From positions 152,162,715-152,226,714 of the forward strand of contig NC_068982.1 in the NCBI RefSeq assembly GCF_001194135.2: DNA of 64,000 nucleotides. The letters run 5' to 3'. The notes under the pieces were generated by a model. It worked only from the letters and a program-made list of their open reading frames with translations. It had not been told where the DNA came from and did not search any database. The stretch is from Octopus bimaculoides (taxonomy: Eukaryota). Positions 12,435 to 25,899 of this stretch are shown one piece after another. Each line of letters starts with the position of its first letter. Positions within the stretch are counted from its first letter, which is position 1. The position numbers and the translations under genes are program-made.

Positions 12435-12610
12435 CTCAAACTCTTACAATTTGTATATGAAAGAGGAAGATAGTACTCAATAAGCAGCTGGGATGTATTT
12501 ANNNNNNNNNNNNNNNNNNNNNNNNNNNNNNNNNNNNNNNNNNNNNNNNNNNNNNNNNNNNNNNNNNNNNNNNNNNNNNNNNNNNNNNNNNNNNNNNNNN
12601 NNNNNNNNNN

Positions 12611-12655
<45 letters not shown>

Positions 12656-13147
12656 TTGAAATTTATAGTAAAACAAAAGACAAAGATAGGTGTATGAAAA
12701 ACAGGTGTATATATGTATGTTTATATGTACATGTGTGTGAGTAAGTGTGTATTTATACATATACACATACATATATATACATACAAACATATATATACAT
12801 CTATGCATACACATACACACACACACATATATATATACATATAGATATAGATAATGTTACACTTTATGTGTGTATATGTATATGTGTGCGTGTGCATTTC
12901 TCATTTTCTACTGATGATTGAGTTTAGCTTTATTGTAAGATATGTGAAACATGCCAGTAGATTAATGTTCCAGTGTTATTTTAAATTATTCACATTTCCA
13001 CCAAAAGGATGTACTGAGCAAGTTTGTATTTTGCATTAATGCATTAACAAAATATTTGCATGTGTGTGTATCTGCTTGAATATATCTGGGTGTATATGTA
13101 TGTCTACACATACAAATACACACACTTATACACACACACACACACAC

Positions 13148-13196
<49 letters not shown>

Positions 13197-14204
13197 GCAC
13201 ATACACACATGCATATACATGTATGCGTATGTGTGTGTGTGCGCGTTAGTGTGTGAGTGTATTTGCATGTGTGTGTGTGTGTGCATACAATTATGTGCAG
13301 TTAAGAATAGCAATATGTAACTTTATATTTATTTTCATTTGAAAAGGCATTTCAAAACGACCAGTTTTGAGTCTAAATTCATTTAGATATGTTTTATATC
13401 ATTTTATCTTTTGTAACTACAACTCATATTCTCTCATATACATCTATTCATGCAAATATATAAACTAATACATACATACATATACACACAAAACACACAC
13501 ACATACAATCACAAACACGCACACATACACACACGTTTATAGAATGCACAAGTACACTTGTACATATATATAGTTTATGATCTTTGCATTAAGCTACGCT
13601 TTCTATCAGTCCACATGTGCTATATATATGAATGAAAATTTTTAATTACAAGTGATATGGCTTCTGATTTTGAGGTATTTCATTAATCTGCAATTTGCAC
13701 TAGAGGCTTCCATATCACTTATATGACTGTAAGAGGGGAATCTTACACACACACATGCATATATAGATGGATGCATGTATGTTTTCAAAGATGTGTAAAT
13801 ACATGTATACATATCCATTTAGGCGTGTGTGTGTGTGTGTGTGTGTGCATGCACACAGGTGTGTGTATGTGTGCATGTGCACAAGTGTGTATGTGTGTGT
13901 AGCACTTCTTAGTATCACAATAAATCATTTACTTTACATAATTACATATTGAGTCTTCATTTAAACTATGGTCTTCTCAGATCTATACTGGCCATATTCC
14001 GCAGACAAATACCAATATGTTAAAATGCTTACAGGAAAAATTTATGATTTTTTAAAATCATTTCTCTCATTAGAGGACGTATCATAATTACCAAAGGGTA
14101 ATTATGACCAGCTCCACTTGAAAAGGGGAGAAAATCTTAAGATTAAAAATTAAAAATCCCCCATAATTAACGTCATTAAGGAAAGGGACAGGCTTTAGAG
14201 AGAG

Positions 14205-14260
14205 GACAGTTGTGGACACATGTCTCTGGCTCAACAGACTTCATCAGCAAGACAATTGTC
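14205..14260 (-). ncRNA. Degenerate type I hammerhead-like relic
   Basis: Minus strand: gacaattgtcttg CTGATGA agtc tgttg agcc a GAGAC atgt GTC cacaactgtc. CUGAUGA box intact, GAAAC box mutated, stem II weak, stem I partly complementary. Confidence 0.35.
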
Positions 14261-14441
14261 CCACCATATTTCCAGCAGCCAAAGGACTTAGGCTTATGCA
14301 AGACAAAGTAGAAAACAGTAATAGCCTAGCATTTCAACAAAATGATCTAAGAGAAATAATTGGTCAGTGGCATGTATTTGACTTACATAGACAAATACCA
14401 GTATGTTAAATAACTTATAACAAAATCCTCTAGAGGATATC

Positions 14442-14489
<48 letters not shown>

Positions 14490-15431
14490 TCAATAAGATT
14501 CATATCTTATAACTGGAATCAAAAACTTTTAGTTTAATGTGTCGATTATTTCTTAACTACATGAATTTGATTACAAAATTAATGTTAAAGATAACAAGAT
14601 ATTTATATGCTCATGTGTGACAAGTTAATATATAAACTATTCTAAGGAATCTGAAGTTGTCTAACCTCTCAGCAGAGCAAAGTGAAGATATTTCAGTATC
14701 TTATCAGTTAGGATTTTGTTGGTTATATATTCATTTGTGTTCCATTCCTCATGGCCAACTATTATTGATGATAAGGAAGAGAAGAATAGTCACAGAAACA
14801 TTTCTGGGTCCAAGAAGTTTACTAAAAAGTTAATAAATGCATTTGTCACAGACCCAACTTATTTTCGATTAGTTGTAGAGCATATGACTTGATGAGATGA
14901 ATTAAGATGTGCTTTATAAGGTTTATGTGAGTCTAAGTACCACACACCTGTATATGTGTGTGCAAAGTGCAGTTATTCTTATAAAAATAAATACTCTCTT
15001 CATTCCAAATGTACTGAGTTCTTTCCTGAATTGTAGTTTCCCTAACCATGCAGTTATATGTACATATAAGTGTGCATATGTGTATACATACACACACATA
15101 TACATAGACACACATGATATGTATATCCATATATGCACACAAACACACATATACATACATGCACACAAACATACATAGACACACTTTCCATAAATATCCT
15201 ATAATATAGTCAATTACCAAACTGCATGAATAGCCTGTTTATTTTCTTATTCCAGCATGTCTTAGAATATAATGGTTTGTTCTCTCCTATTTTGCTATTA
15301 TAGTGTTATTTTGGCAGATCTTTATTACTTTTTTTTTTTTACATTTATTTCTCTTCTTTATTTCTGGAGACACAGTGTAATTTGACAAAAATCACTACTG
15401 AAAAATAATTTTATTTCTTTTGTAATTTCAG

Positions 15432-15581
15432 TTCTTAGCGCTGGCTGGCAAGTTTATGCGAATATTTAACTTGATATGCCTGATGTTCCTGCTTGGTCAC
15501 TGGAACGGTTGCCTGCAGTTCCTCGTGCCCATGTTGCAAGATTTCCCCAAAGATTGTTGGGTGTCCATTGAAGAATTGCAG
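15432..15581 (+). CDS. HCN: HCN/Ih channel exon: end of S4-S5 linker, S5, turret ([50 protein letters not shown])
   Basis: ttttgtaatttcAG acceptor, CAG|GTCAGG donor, 150 nt open; [14 protein letters not shown] motif typical of HCN S5; joins the next exon in frame (ELQ|EAHW). Absent from the ORF track. Confidence 0.95.
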
Positions 15582-17205
15582 GTCAGGTAAATCTTAATTT
15601 ACGAAATGTCTTATTTCCAAAGACAACAAAATGTATGATCTTAAATTGATGTAATATTTTAAATTGATGCATATGTGTGTGTGTGTGTAAATGTGTATGT
15701 GTGTGTATAAATCCATATTTTGATTGAGGAAAACTCTGACTAAAAGCATTCCAGCTGTGGTTCTCCCATCTTATACCCAAACTTATTGTATCTAACAACT
15801 ACATTAGCCAACATGTCCTTTCTGTGCAAAGATACCATGGTGTGATCTGAGAGAGAGAAGTTATTGACCAACAACTCTACTCTAACAATTTAGAGGCTCC
15901 CTTGTTGATCCTTCACTCAAACAGATTCATTACTTACTCAAATGCTATCACCAACGACCTAATACTTTTGTCATGTATGATATGTTATAGTGAGTTTGAG
16001 TAAAAATCTCACTGAGACTGGCTTTATGCTTCAATCCACCAGGATAGATAAAGGAAAATAATTATCAAATACCCAAGTTTGTATTAATTTTTTTTCTTAC
16101 TCCTTACCCACCTCATTAAACTACTAAAATATCACAAGCCAACAAGGGAACCTCTCAGCAATCACTCAGCCTGTTTAAGATAGCAGCCATATCTCCCTCT
16201 TCAAAGGTACAAGCATAGATCTGTACTTATGAAATCACTTCATAACCATGTTGTTTCAAGCTTGCTCCTATTGCTTAGGATCTTGAACAAATGTCACAAG
16301 CCCTGGTTGACTAATACCTTGAGAAGGAATTTGATAGGCAGAATGTGTGTGTGTGCATGCATGCATGCATGTGTGTGTGTGTGTGTGTGTGTCTGTGTGT
16401 GTGTGTGTGTAAACTAGCATCAGAAATTGGGGTTTGGTAGAGGTCAAAAATGTTAACTTAGCTATTTGATAAAAAAAATACTGATTGAAATAAGTTCTGG
16501 AGCCAATTTTATTGACTAAAACCCTTGAGGGTTGTGCTGTCACAAGAGGTGAAGTCCAGTGAATCAAACTAGTTAAAATAAATGAATACAGTGCTGAGTA
16601 TTCACATTATGTTGTTACAGTAGTTGAGTGTTATGGTTTTGAATGTATCATTTATCTTACAAATGTCTGTATTTTGTTTTTAAACAATTGTTTTCCTATA
16701 TTTTACTTTCTTTCACTGTTAAATTTACTAATATTAATGTCAATGAAAAATATGAACTAAGTAAAATCACATCAGAAACAAGTGCAGCAGCAAATATCAA
16801 AAGAAAATTTAAAAAGTCTTTGTTGTATCTTGGCAGGGTCATTATGCCAATAAGAAACACCTGCACCGGGTCTATTTCATTTCTTTTGTTGTTATTAGAC
16901 AATTAGTAAACCATTTAAACAATTGTCTAATCGATTTTTTGATTAATTGTTTGGTCAATCAATATATTAGATTCATCAAAGTCCTTTTGTTATCATCTGT
17001 GGCTTCATCAATAACATAGCTGCTTTACTCCAGATCTGTCTCTCATCCCTAGTTTTCAGATTATATAATTATATTAATTGGGATATGAATGACTATATGA
17101 AGAAAAAAGAGTCATGTATATATGTGTCTGTGAGCATGTGCATGTGTGTATGTATGCATGTGTATATGTTTTATTATTCAATATATGTGTGTGTGTGTGT
17201 ATGTG

Positions 17206-17259
<54 letters not shown>

Positions 17260-17277
17260 TATGTATATGTGTATATA

Positions 17278-17360
<83 letters not shown>

Positions 17361-18149
17361 GGGGAAATGCATTATAAACTGGAGGCATACAAAGTAGAGG
17401 TGAATGAAATATGTGTGAATAAGTGGACATGGAAAAACCTTTCATAATGAAAATAGTCTCAGGAGATAATTATCGCCATAGACAATGTATGAAAGCACAA
17501 TTTGGCTGTAAATGACATTCTCAGATCATAGGCTCTGCTTCATTAGCTAGAAATACTGAAACAGTCTGTCAGAATCCTATATTACATTATATTTATGTAA
17601 TATAAAATAATATAACATATACCTTCTTTCTTCTTTTATTTGTTTCACTTGTTAGACTGTGGTCATGCTGGAGCACTGGCTTGAATTTTTTTAGTTGAAC
17701 GAATCAACCCTAGTATTTATCTTTTTTAAAGCTTGGTGCTTATTCTATCAGTCTCTTTTGCCAAACTACTATGGCTGGAGGCTCTTCTTAATGCCAACCA
17801 TTCCAAGAGTGTAGTGAGTGCCAGATAGATAGACTATTCTTAGTTATATAATATATATCTTATGAAAATGTTTTATATATACACATATTATGTGTATAGT
17901 GTGTGTGTGTGCGTGCATGTATGTTTGTGTGTCTGTTACTGTCTCCTTGCCTTGACATCACATAATAGTCATAAACAAATGTCAAATATCTTAGTCATGC
18001 AAGCAGTGTCCTTCATTCCCAATCTTCTATGAGAAAACAGAAGATAGGAAACAGGTAAACATTGCCTCACTTGAAAACGGATGAAGTTAGTTATTGGAAG
18101 CACATCCAGCTGTAGAAAATCTGCTTAGTAAAAAAATAAATATATATAT

Positions 18150-18625
18150 AAGGTTGCAATGATTAAAGTGGTGACTTCTTTTGAATATCTGGATAACATT
18201 GGGTATGTTGATGGAAACCTAAATGCAAAAATCATTTCTCATATTCAAAGGGCAGCAAAAGCCTTTGGCAGCCTTGAAACTAATGTCTAGTCACAATGCC
18301 ATATTAAAGCTGACACTGAGACTATGTATACATCTCATTTATTTTTTCTGCATTGTTGTATTCTTCTGAAATTTGGACAATATACATGCGTCAAGTAAAA
18401 ATGTTGAAAATATTTCACTAGAAATGTCTCCACCACATACTCAAAATAAGTAGGTCCTCACTCATTCTTGACATTGAGGTTCTTGCTGAAGATAGAATCA
18501 TGTCAATCCAAACTACGCTTATTAGGAATCAACTACAATGAACAAACCATCTCATCCATATGGATGATGAGTGTATTCCTCAAAAAATGCTTTATGGTGA
18601 ACTTATGCAGGGAAAACATGCTTGA
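18150..18625 (+). mobile_element. Decayed RTE LINE reverse-transcriptase C-terminal region
   Basis: IKVVTSFEYLDN...HIQRAAKAFGSL...SEIWTIY...FH*KCLHHIL...HLIHMDDECIPQKMLYGEL, with stops and frameshifts. Confidence 0.8.
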
Positions 18626-18675
18626 GTTAAGTAAATCAAAATTAAATCAAATCACAATCAAATGGAAATTGTAAT

Positions 18676-19066
18676 TGTGGCCATTACCAGTGCTGGTGGC
18701 AAGCGATAAGCACCATTCATTCATGTGTGGGTCACTGCCAGAGCTGCCTGACTGGCTCCTTGCGACGGTGGCACATAAAAAAGCACCATCTGAATGTAAT
18801 CGATGCCAGCCCCACTGCCCAGACTGGCTCCTGTGCTGGTGGCACATAAAAAGCACCATCTGAACATGGCTGATGCCAGTGCTGCTTGACTAGCTCCCAT
18901 GCTGGTGGCACATAAAAAGCACCCACTACACTCTCAGATGTTTCTACATCCAGCTGTAGAAACATTGCCAGATCAGATGGAGCCTGGTGTGGCCTCCTGG
19001 CTTGCTAGTCTCCAGTCAAATCATCAACCCCATGCCAGCATGGAAAACGGACGTTATATGATGATG
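18676..19066 (+). mobile_element. RTE 3' UTR copy with four tandem internal units
   Basis: GGTGGCA(C)..AAAAAGCACC unit repeated four times at about 65-72 bp spacing, then the standard tail. Confidence 0.8.
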
Positions 19067-19967
19067 GTATATAATTATATATGTTTACATACATTCTCAC
19101 ATACATGTGTGTGTGTGTGCGTGCGCTCACACGCAAAAGATCTAGTATTCACAAAACACATTCATTCATACACACACTTACATACCAATGTACATGGATT
19201 ATCTTTGCATCAACTCAATAAATAAGCCTTATATAAATAATTCCATTAATGATTGGATTTACTAGATTGATATCTCTGTGGACTTGTCTATAAGCATTTC
19301 TGTTTTATAGAAAATCATTAGTGAAGAGCAGACAATAACACAACAACATCAACAACGAGAGCCTCTATGTCACCACTCAACTCGCTAGAAATAGTTGTAG
19401 AATCTCTCTGAACTGACAGCCTACCATGTGAAATAGGGAAGGGGTTCCTTGGATAGTGTAATACACTGTACCCTATAAAGGTGGGATAGTTATGACAGGA
19501 ACGACTTGAGACACACAATTAAGCACACCGTTGTCATTGTCTTCCTCATCATTAACATTAACACAATTGCAGTTATTGCCACCTTCTTCCTGCTCATTGT
19601 CATCATCATTATCAACAATAACTTGTTAATAAAGTTACATGAAATCATTATTTCTGAAAGTGACTCTACTTTGTCACTCTAAATTTTCCTAAAATGACAC
19701 ACAATGACTTAAAAATAGACAGTAAGGTAGTCAATGTAATCACTATATAAGTAAATATACATACTTACATGCATTGTCAAAGCTGTTTATTTAAGTTGTG
19801 TATTTAATGTTATCAACTGATTTTTAAAACTGATGGGTACCAAGCATCTGTACAACATTGTTATACCCTCTGCTTAAAGTTATTATCTCATAATTGTTAC
19901 ATAAAAGGTCTATATTTGAAAGTGATCATAATAACTGACTTCCATTACATGCACACACATATGGATG

Positions 19968-20345
19968 AGTGGTAAGAAGTTTGCTCCCCAACCACATGGT
20001 TCTAAGTCAAGTCCCACTGCATGGCAAGTTTCTTCTACAATAAGCCTCAGGCTGACCGAAGCCTTATGAGTGGATTTAGTAGACAGAAACTGAAAGCAGC
20101 CCAGTGTACATATATGTATATTTATATGTATATGTCTTTGTGTATGTGTTTGTCCCCCACCACTGCTTGACACTGGATTTGATGTTTTCAGGTCCCTGTA
20201 ACTTAGCAGTTCAGTGAAAGAGATCAATAGCATAAGAACCAGGTTTTACAAGACAATAATAAGTACTAGGGTTGATTCATTCGACTAAAATTCTTCAAGA
20301 TGGTACACCAGCATGGCCATAGTCTAATGACTGAAACAAGAGAAA
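19968..20345 (+). mobile_element. SINE family C (bipartite, TA/TG linker); other fragments near 17640 (-), 23010 (-), 30840, 37090 and 46860
   Basis: Recurrent ggtaagaagtttgct.ccc.aaccacatggttc...aagccttgtgagtggatttggtagac.gaaactgaaagaag head and tttgtccccc.accactgcttgac...ctaatgactgaaacaag tail. Confidence 0.7.
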
Positions 20346-20355
20346 AAGAAAGAGA

Positions 20356-20392
<37 letters not shown>

Positions 20393-20816
20393 TAGTATAA
20401 GAGTATAAGATGTGAATTCAGAGAATTGTGCAGTGTCACAAAAAGCTCCTCTTTCTTTATTTGCATTAATTTGTGAATATACAATTGTATTGCACAATGC
20501 CAAGCATACATAGTAATGCAAATATGTAAGCATAATGTCTTCCACACTGAAATTAATAATATATGAAGAAGGTTGTGAAACAGTCATAATCCTATGGGAG
20601 TCACGTGGTTAAATAAATATATATATTTATAAATAAATTTATTTTATTTATCTCACCTCACATACCACCTAACTTTAAATTCTTAAATACATATATATAA
20701 TGTTTGAGGGTCTGATAAAGCTATAAGCTGTTACTCAGCCATGCAACTATGAGTCCACCACATCTTATAGTAGAAACAGCTGTAAGATAAGTTCATAAGA
20801 TAATTTATTCCTTTTC

Positions 20817-20866
<50 letters not shown>

Positions 20867-20870
<4 letters not shown>

Positions 20871-22118
20871 GTCATTAAGAATGAAATGTCTGAATTTGAA
20901 CTGAAAGTTTATTTTACTCTATCTCAACAAAAAACAATGCAGTTAATCAAAGTATGCACCTAAATTATTAACACAATTTTGCCATTTTATTGGTCGCTTA
21001 TTTATGCCAGCAACAAAGAATTCTGGAGATCAAGGCATGATAAAATCACAAAGGGCTGTTTTTGCATCTTCTTTAGATTTGAAGTTTTTTTCTTGCAAAA
21101 AAATTGCCTAATGCCTGGAAAACATGATAGTTAGTTGGTGCAAGGTCTAATGAATATAATGGATAACAGAGTACTTCCAAGTTCAGTTCCTATAACTTGA
21201 GTAGTGTTCTTTGTGCAAACACGTGCTCAAGAATTGTCGTGCAAGAGAATTGTCGCTATTGACCAATCTCAGTTGTTTAATTGCAAGTTCATTCATCATT
21301 TCATCCAAATAGCTGGCGTATACATCTGCTGTAATTGACTTACGAAGTCTCTTGAAACTGTAGTGGGTGACACCAGTGCTGGACCACCAAACAAACACCA
21401 TTAGCTTTTTTTTGGTGAATATTCTTTTTTGGATTATGTTTTGGTACTTCGTCTCTATCCAACCACCATGCAGAATGCTTGCTATTGTTGAAAAGAATCC
21501 ATTTTTCACCATACATTTTTTCACACAACAATACGATGTAAAAATGGTTCACATTGATGCTGTGACAGCAAATTTCAAGATTATGTGTAATTTGATGCTC
21601 GTTCAGTTTGTGTGGGTACTTGTCCAGTTTTTTTACCTCAGTTGGAATTGAAACATCAAACCTTGCTGCTAACTCACACGTAGTTTGAGATGTATCCACT
21701 TCCATTAGTTTCTAGCTCATCATTATCCACCTTGGTCTCCGGTCTACCACAAGGCTGATTTTCAAGAGTAAAGTCACCAGACCAGAACTTCTCAAAACAT
21801 CAACGTACAGTGTGCTCGTTTGCCACATCTTCACCAAACACCTCATTGATGTTTCAAGCTGTCTGGGATGCATTGGTTCCATGACAGAACTCATATACAT
21901 AATCAACATGAATTTTTGATCTATCCATGGGTTCACAAAAATTGATTTGTAAGAGAAAACTCACAATATAATCAGACACCATGAATTGCATTTCGAAAAG
22001 TGATGATGAAACTCTTCAAAGTTGTAAAAACAAAGAATTGTCAGGATAAGACATTAGAGTTAATGACTGTCAAACTTGGTACATAAGAAAATCAGACATT
22101 TCACTCTTAATGACCTGA
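20867..22118 (-). mobile_element. Full-length decayed mariner transposon (1252 bp)
   Basis: 27-bp TIRs TCAGGTCATTAAGA(A/G)TGAAATGTCTGA with one mismatch, TA on both sides; the transposase can be read from MDRSKI... through EKWILF, KLMVFVWW and YSLDLAPTNYHVF to GAYFD*, with many stops and frameshifts. Confidence 0.93.
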
Positions 22119-25100
22119 TATATGATTCTGCCTATATATACATTCATATGAGATGCATTCTAGATGTTTTGAGACTTTTCCGGGAAAGATATTTATTAAT
22201 TTCAAAGAACGACAAAAATCAAATCACCTTCAAAGTAGGACCCTCTGATTTCAATGCACTTGTAGCACTCCAGCCACCTTCTGAAGTTCCCATGCAAGTC
22301 CTCCAAAGTTATAGTGTCCAGGACTATAACTGTTGTAGCCTATATTTTCTTACTGTGTAACTAGTCAGTTTGAAGAGGAGTGGTATATGTATGCATTTGT
22401 GAATGTGTTAGGTGTTGGTGAAAACTTAATAATAAGAGGGAAAAAAGAGGAGAGAATAAGGAGAAAGTAGGGAGATAAAAGGAAGGAGAAATCTATATGG
22501 GAAGGAGTAAGTATATATGACTCAGAAGGAACAAAAGGATGGGCCAGAGTAAGAAGGGAGGAAAATATCACACACACACACACACATACATAGCTTAAAT
22601 GTGGAAAATAATTATTCAAGGTACATACGTTAAAATAAACAAGTACATTTTATATATCCATTTTCTGGATATGTGACTGTTTTTAGTGAAAAAGTATATA
22701 TATAATTTATTTTGTTTGATCTAATGTCTGTTTTCTTTTTTCAATGGGGTTAAATGTATTTACATCATGCTCTTCTTATCACTCACTCTTATTTGTATTT
22801 CATGTAAAGAAGTTTTTATTTCACATGTCTTGAAAAACACTGAGCCAACAGATGATTTTTTACAACAAACATTACTATTTGTTGCTTTGTACTTCTTCTG
22901 CTTTGAAGCATGCAACACAGACACATACAAAACGCACACATGCATGCATGCACACACACACACACACACACATAAACATACATACACATGAATAAAACAG
23001 GTTTTGTGCGGTTTCCATCTACAAAATTCACTCACAAGATATTGGTCAGCTGAGGGCTTCAGTAGAAGACACTTGCCTAAAGTGATGCACACGACATTGT
23101 TGATGCAAATGGTTTAACCACACAAACATGGCAATGTCTAAATATATATTAAATCTCTGTCTTCATTAATAGATGATGGGACTACCTGTATAAGAGTGTC
23201 ACTGGCTTTTATACATGCTGGCTTTGCTACAATTTTGAAAACCACTGGATTCGTCAAATGCCAGCTGAAAATTAAGGAAAATTCAAATATTTTCTATATG
23301 TTTGAAATCTATATACTTGAAAGTTCTTAACCTTCAGAATGGAACATTAATAATACAATTCAGAAGAAGGCTATAATAATGTTATTAGTGATAGAAATAA
23401 ATATTTAATAGATGTAATAAGATTATTTCTTCATGGAAAAGTTGATGATACATACTTTATAACTTTAGGAGAAAAGAAAATCCTTTTGGTATCAATGTAG
23501 AGAGGACTAAAATTCTTCTATTCATGTGGATGCTAACAATGACCTCAGTAAGATCATATTTGATGAGGTCATCTTAATAATCAAAATCATCAATTACTTT
23601 ACACATCAAGTGCCATGCCACTCGTAGTCTCCATCATTGGTGCATTGCTTTTATATGCACTATCTTGCAATCCATAACTGTATTAGATGCCTGCAAACAC
23701 TGTTTACATAACCTCCTTCTTCAGTGTTCTGTTTAGCTTTGATAAATTATAATTATTATATAACTATATGTTATCCAATGTGGATAATATTATTCTGCCT
23801 CCAGTAGAATACATTTCTGATATTTAGAAACAAAGAGATGACTTTGAACTAAGGATTTCCTGCTTCTCTTGTGATGATCTCCTTCATATCTATTTTCAAA
23901 TATAGCTTCTCTGAGTTTCAGTAATATCCTGTGTACCTAAGATTAGAGACTTGATCATATTTGATGTGAGAGCAGGTCTCAAATTTAATATCTTTGTTGA
24001 TGTCAAATGCAATATATATGTACTATATTGGTAAAATCTGTGCTAACATACTATAGTGAGCCAAGAAATTGTTGATTAATTAAAATTACAGATATGGTGA
24101 GCAGAAAGAATCACTAGCTTAATGATTAATTTTGATCAAGAAAGTACAAGGAGACAGTCATAATGTTTAATTAAAATAAAATAGAATGTGGGCAATGCAG
24201 TAGAAGGTGACTGATTTTTACAATACAGTGACTTGAAGATGTACTGATTTTTGTTGAATAAACATCGAGTGGCATAACATAAAAGAAGGAAAATAGAGAA
24301 TTAATCAAGAATTTATACAGCCTCAAAACAAAATTGAGAGGTTGGAGTTAATATACAAATGCTTGAACCTAACTTACCATTTGGTTTTCATATAGAGCAT
24401 GTCCCTGGATATTTTCCTAAGTCCTTCAATGTACTGTATTATTTATTTAGTATTTTGTTAAAAGATCCAAATTCACTGACATTTTTCCCATTTTGACATA
24501 CAAATACAAAATAAGTGATTCTTTTTGGTAGAATATTTTCAAAAGTGTCTATTTATCTGTCTGTTTATCTCACTATCAACATGTTTTTCACTCTCCTGAC
24601 TTTTATTCTTGATATACAAAATTCTGGTAAAATATACAGTGACTTAAGCAAATTAATATTACATATATAAATTATCTATATATTGCAACATTTTGAGTAG
24701 CAATTGCATAAAATATATATTACAACATAATCAGTAATACATAAATAAAGAATACATTACATCACATTTACTAACAATGAAGAAAAAATACATCATTGGT
24801 ACATGACAACATATTCAGTGACAATTATATAAAAATACATTGCATCTTTCTTTAACAATTATGTAAAAATTATTTAAAAAATACTTTACAATATTTTCAT
24901 TAACAATTGCATAAAAGATGTTCTGTTATTCTTGCATGAAAGCTACATTACAAGTCCAGTAACAATTACACTTATACATATCATTTATTATGAACTATTT
25001 GATATCTGATTCATTATTTTTGGTTTTGTTTAATTTACAATTTGGTGAAGTACGAAGCAGATTTTGTTCTGGGTTGATATATATTTCTGTATTTGTGACA

Positions 25101-25252
25101 GAAATGCCTAATTACATTTTATCACCTTCCTTATATCAAATAATTTTGTGTTTGTTGCATTTGATTAATTCTGCATTTTGAAATATAGCAATAATTAATT
25201 AATATTGATTATTTTTCTCCTCTATTTTTATTTTACCTTTGTCCCCTGATAG

Positions 25253-25471
25253 GAAGCACATTGGGCTGAGCAATATACTTGGGCTCTTTTCAAGGCTTTA
25301 TCACACATGCTGTGTATAGGGTATGGCCGGTTTCCACCGCAGAATATGACTGATACCTGGCTCACAATTCTTAGTATGCTTAGTGGCGCCACCTGCTACG
25401 CACTATTCCTAGGTCACACGACAACACTTATACAGTCTTTTGACACATCAAGACGACTCTACAACGAAAAG
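25253..25471 (+). CDS. HCN: HCN/Ih channel exon: pore helix, CIGYG selectivity filter, S6 ([25 protein letters not shown]...SRRLYNEK)
   Basis: Pyrimidine tract plus tAG acceptor; AAG|GTAATT donor; 219 nt, phase 0/0; SHMLCIGYG is the HCN filter signature. Confidence 0.97.
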
Positions 25472-25899
25472 GTAATTATTTTGCAATTTGAAATTATCTA
25501 AATTCTGTTAAATTCTAATAAATAAATTCATTCATTCACGCATTAATCAATCAATTAATTAAAATACTAATGGTTTCTATGGGGATTCTTCCATTTCATT
25601 TTATTGAAAAAAATATTCATCTTGCTTTACTATGTCATTAGCAAGGTAATTTTGAAGGGCTATATTTTATAGTAGTATCTAAAATAAACTTAAAATTTCT
25701 TTAATTAGGCAACTTTTAACAAATGATACAAAGTCTGCCATAGTTTGATTCTGTATTGGTCTTTACATGTTAATGTATGACTGTATGTTTAAGAGTATTT
25801 AAGTGCCTTTATATATGTTCATGCATACTATATAACAGTTCATAAAATATGTTGTCTGTTTGTTAGAGAGTAATCTTAGAAATATCTCAGTCGTCTTTC

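Noticed and set aside
12905-12962. CTGATGA...GAAACATGCC, hammerhead-like
   Set aside because: No stem II, no UH triplet in register, and the complementary flank pairs with the core itself.
14650-14830. Other possible S4-S5 microexons (ctaac..ctcAG; gataAG)
   Set aside because: No phase-0 GT donor before a stop; acceptors weak.
16896-16931. Small hairpin TTAGACAATT...AATTGTCTAA
   Set aside because: A 10-bp AT-rich stem is within chance expectation for 64 kb of this composition.
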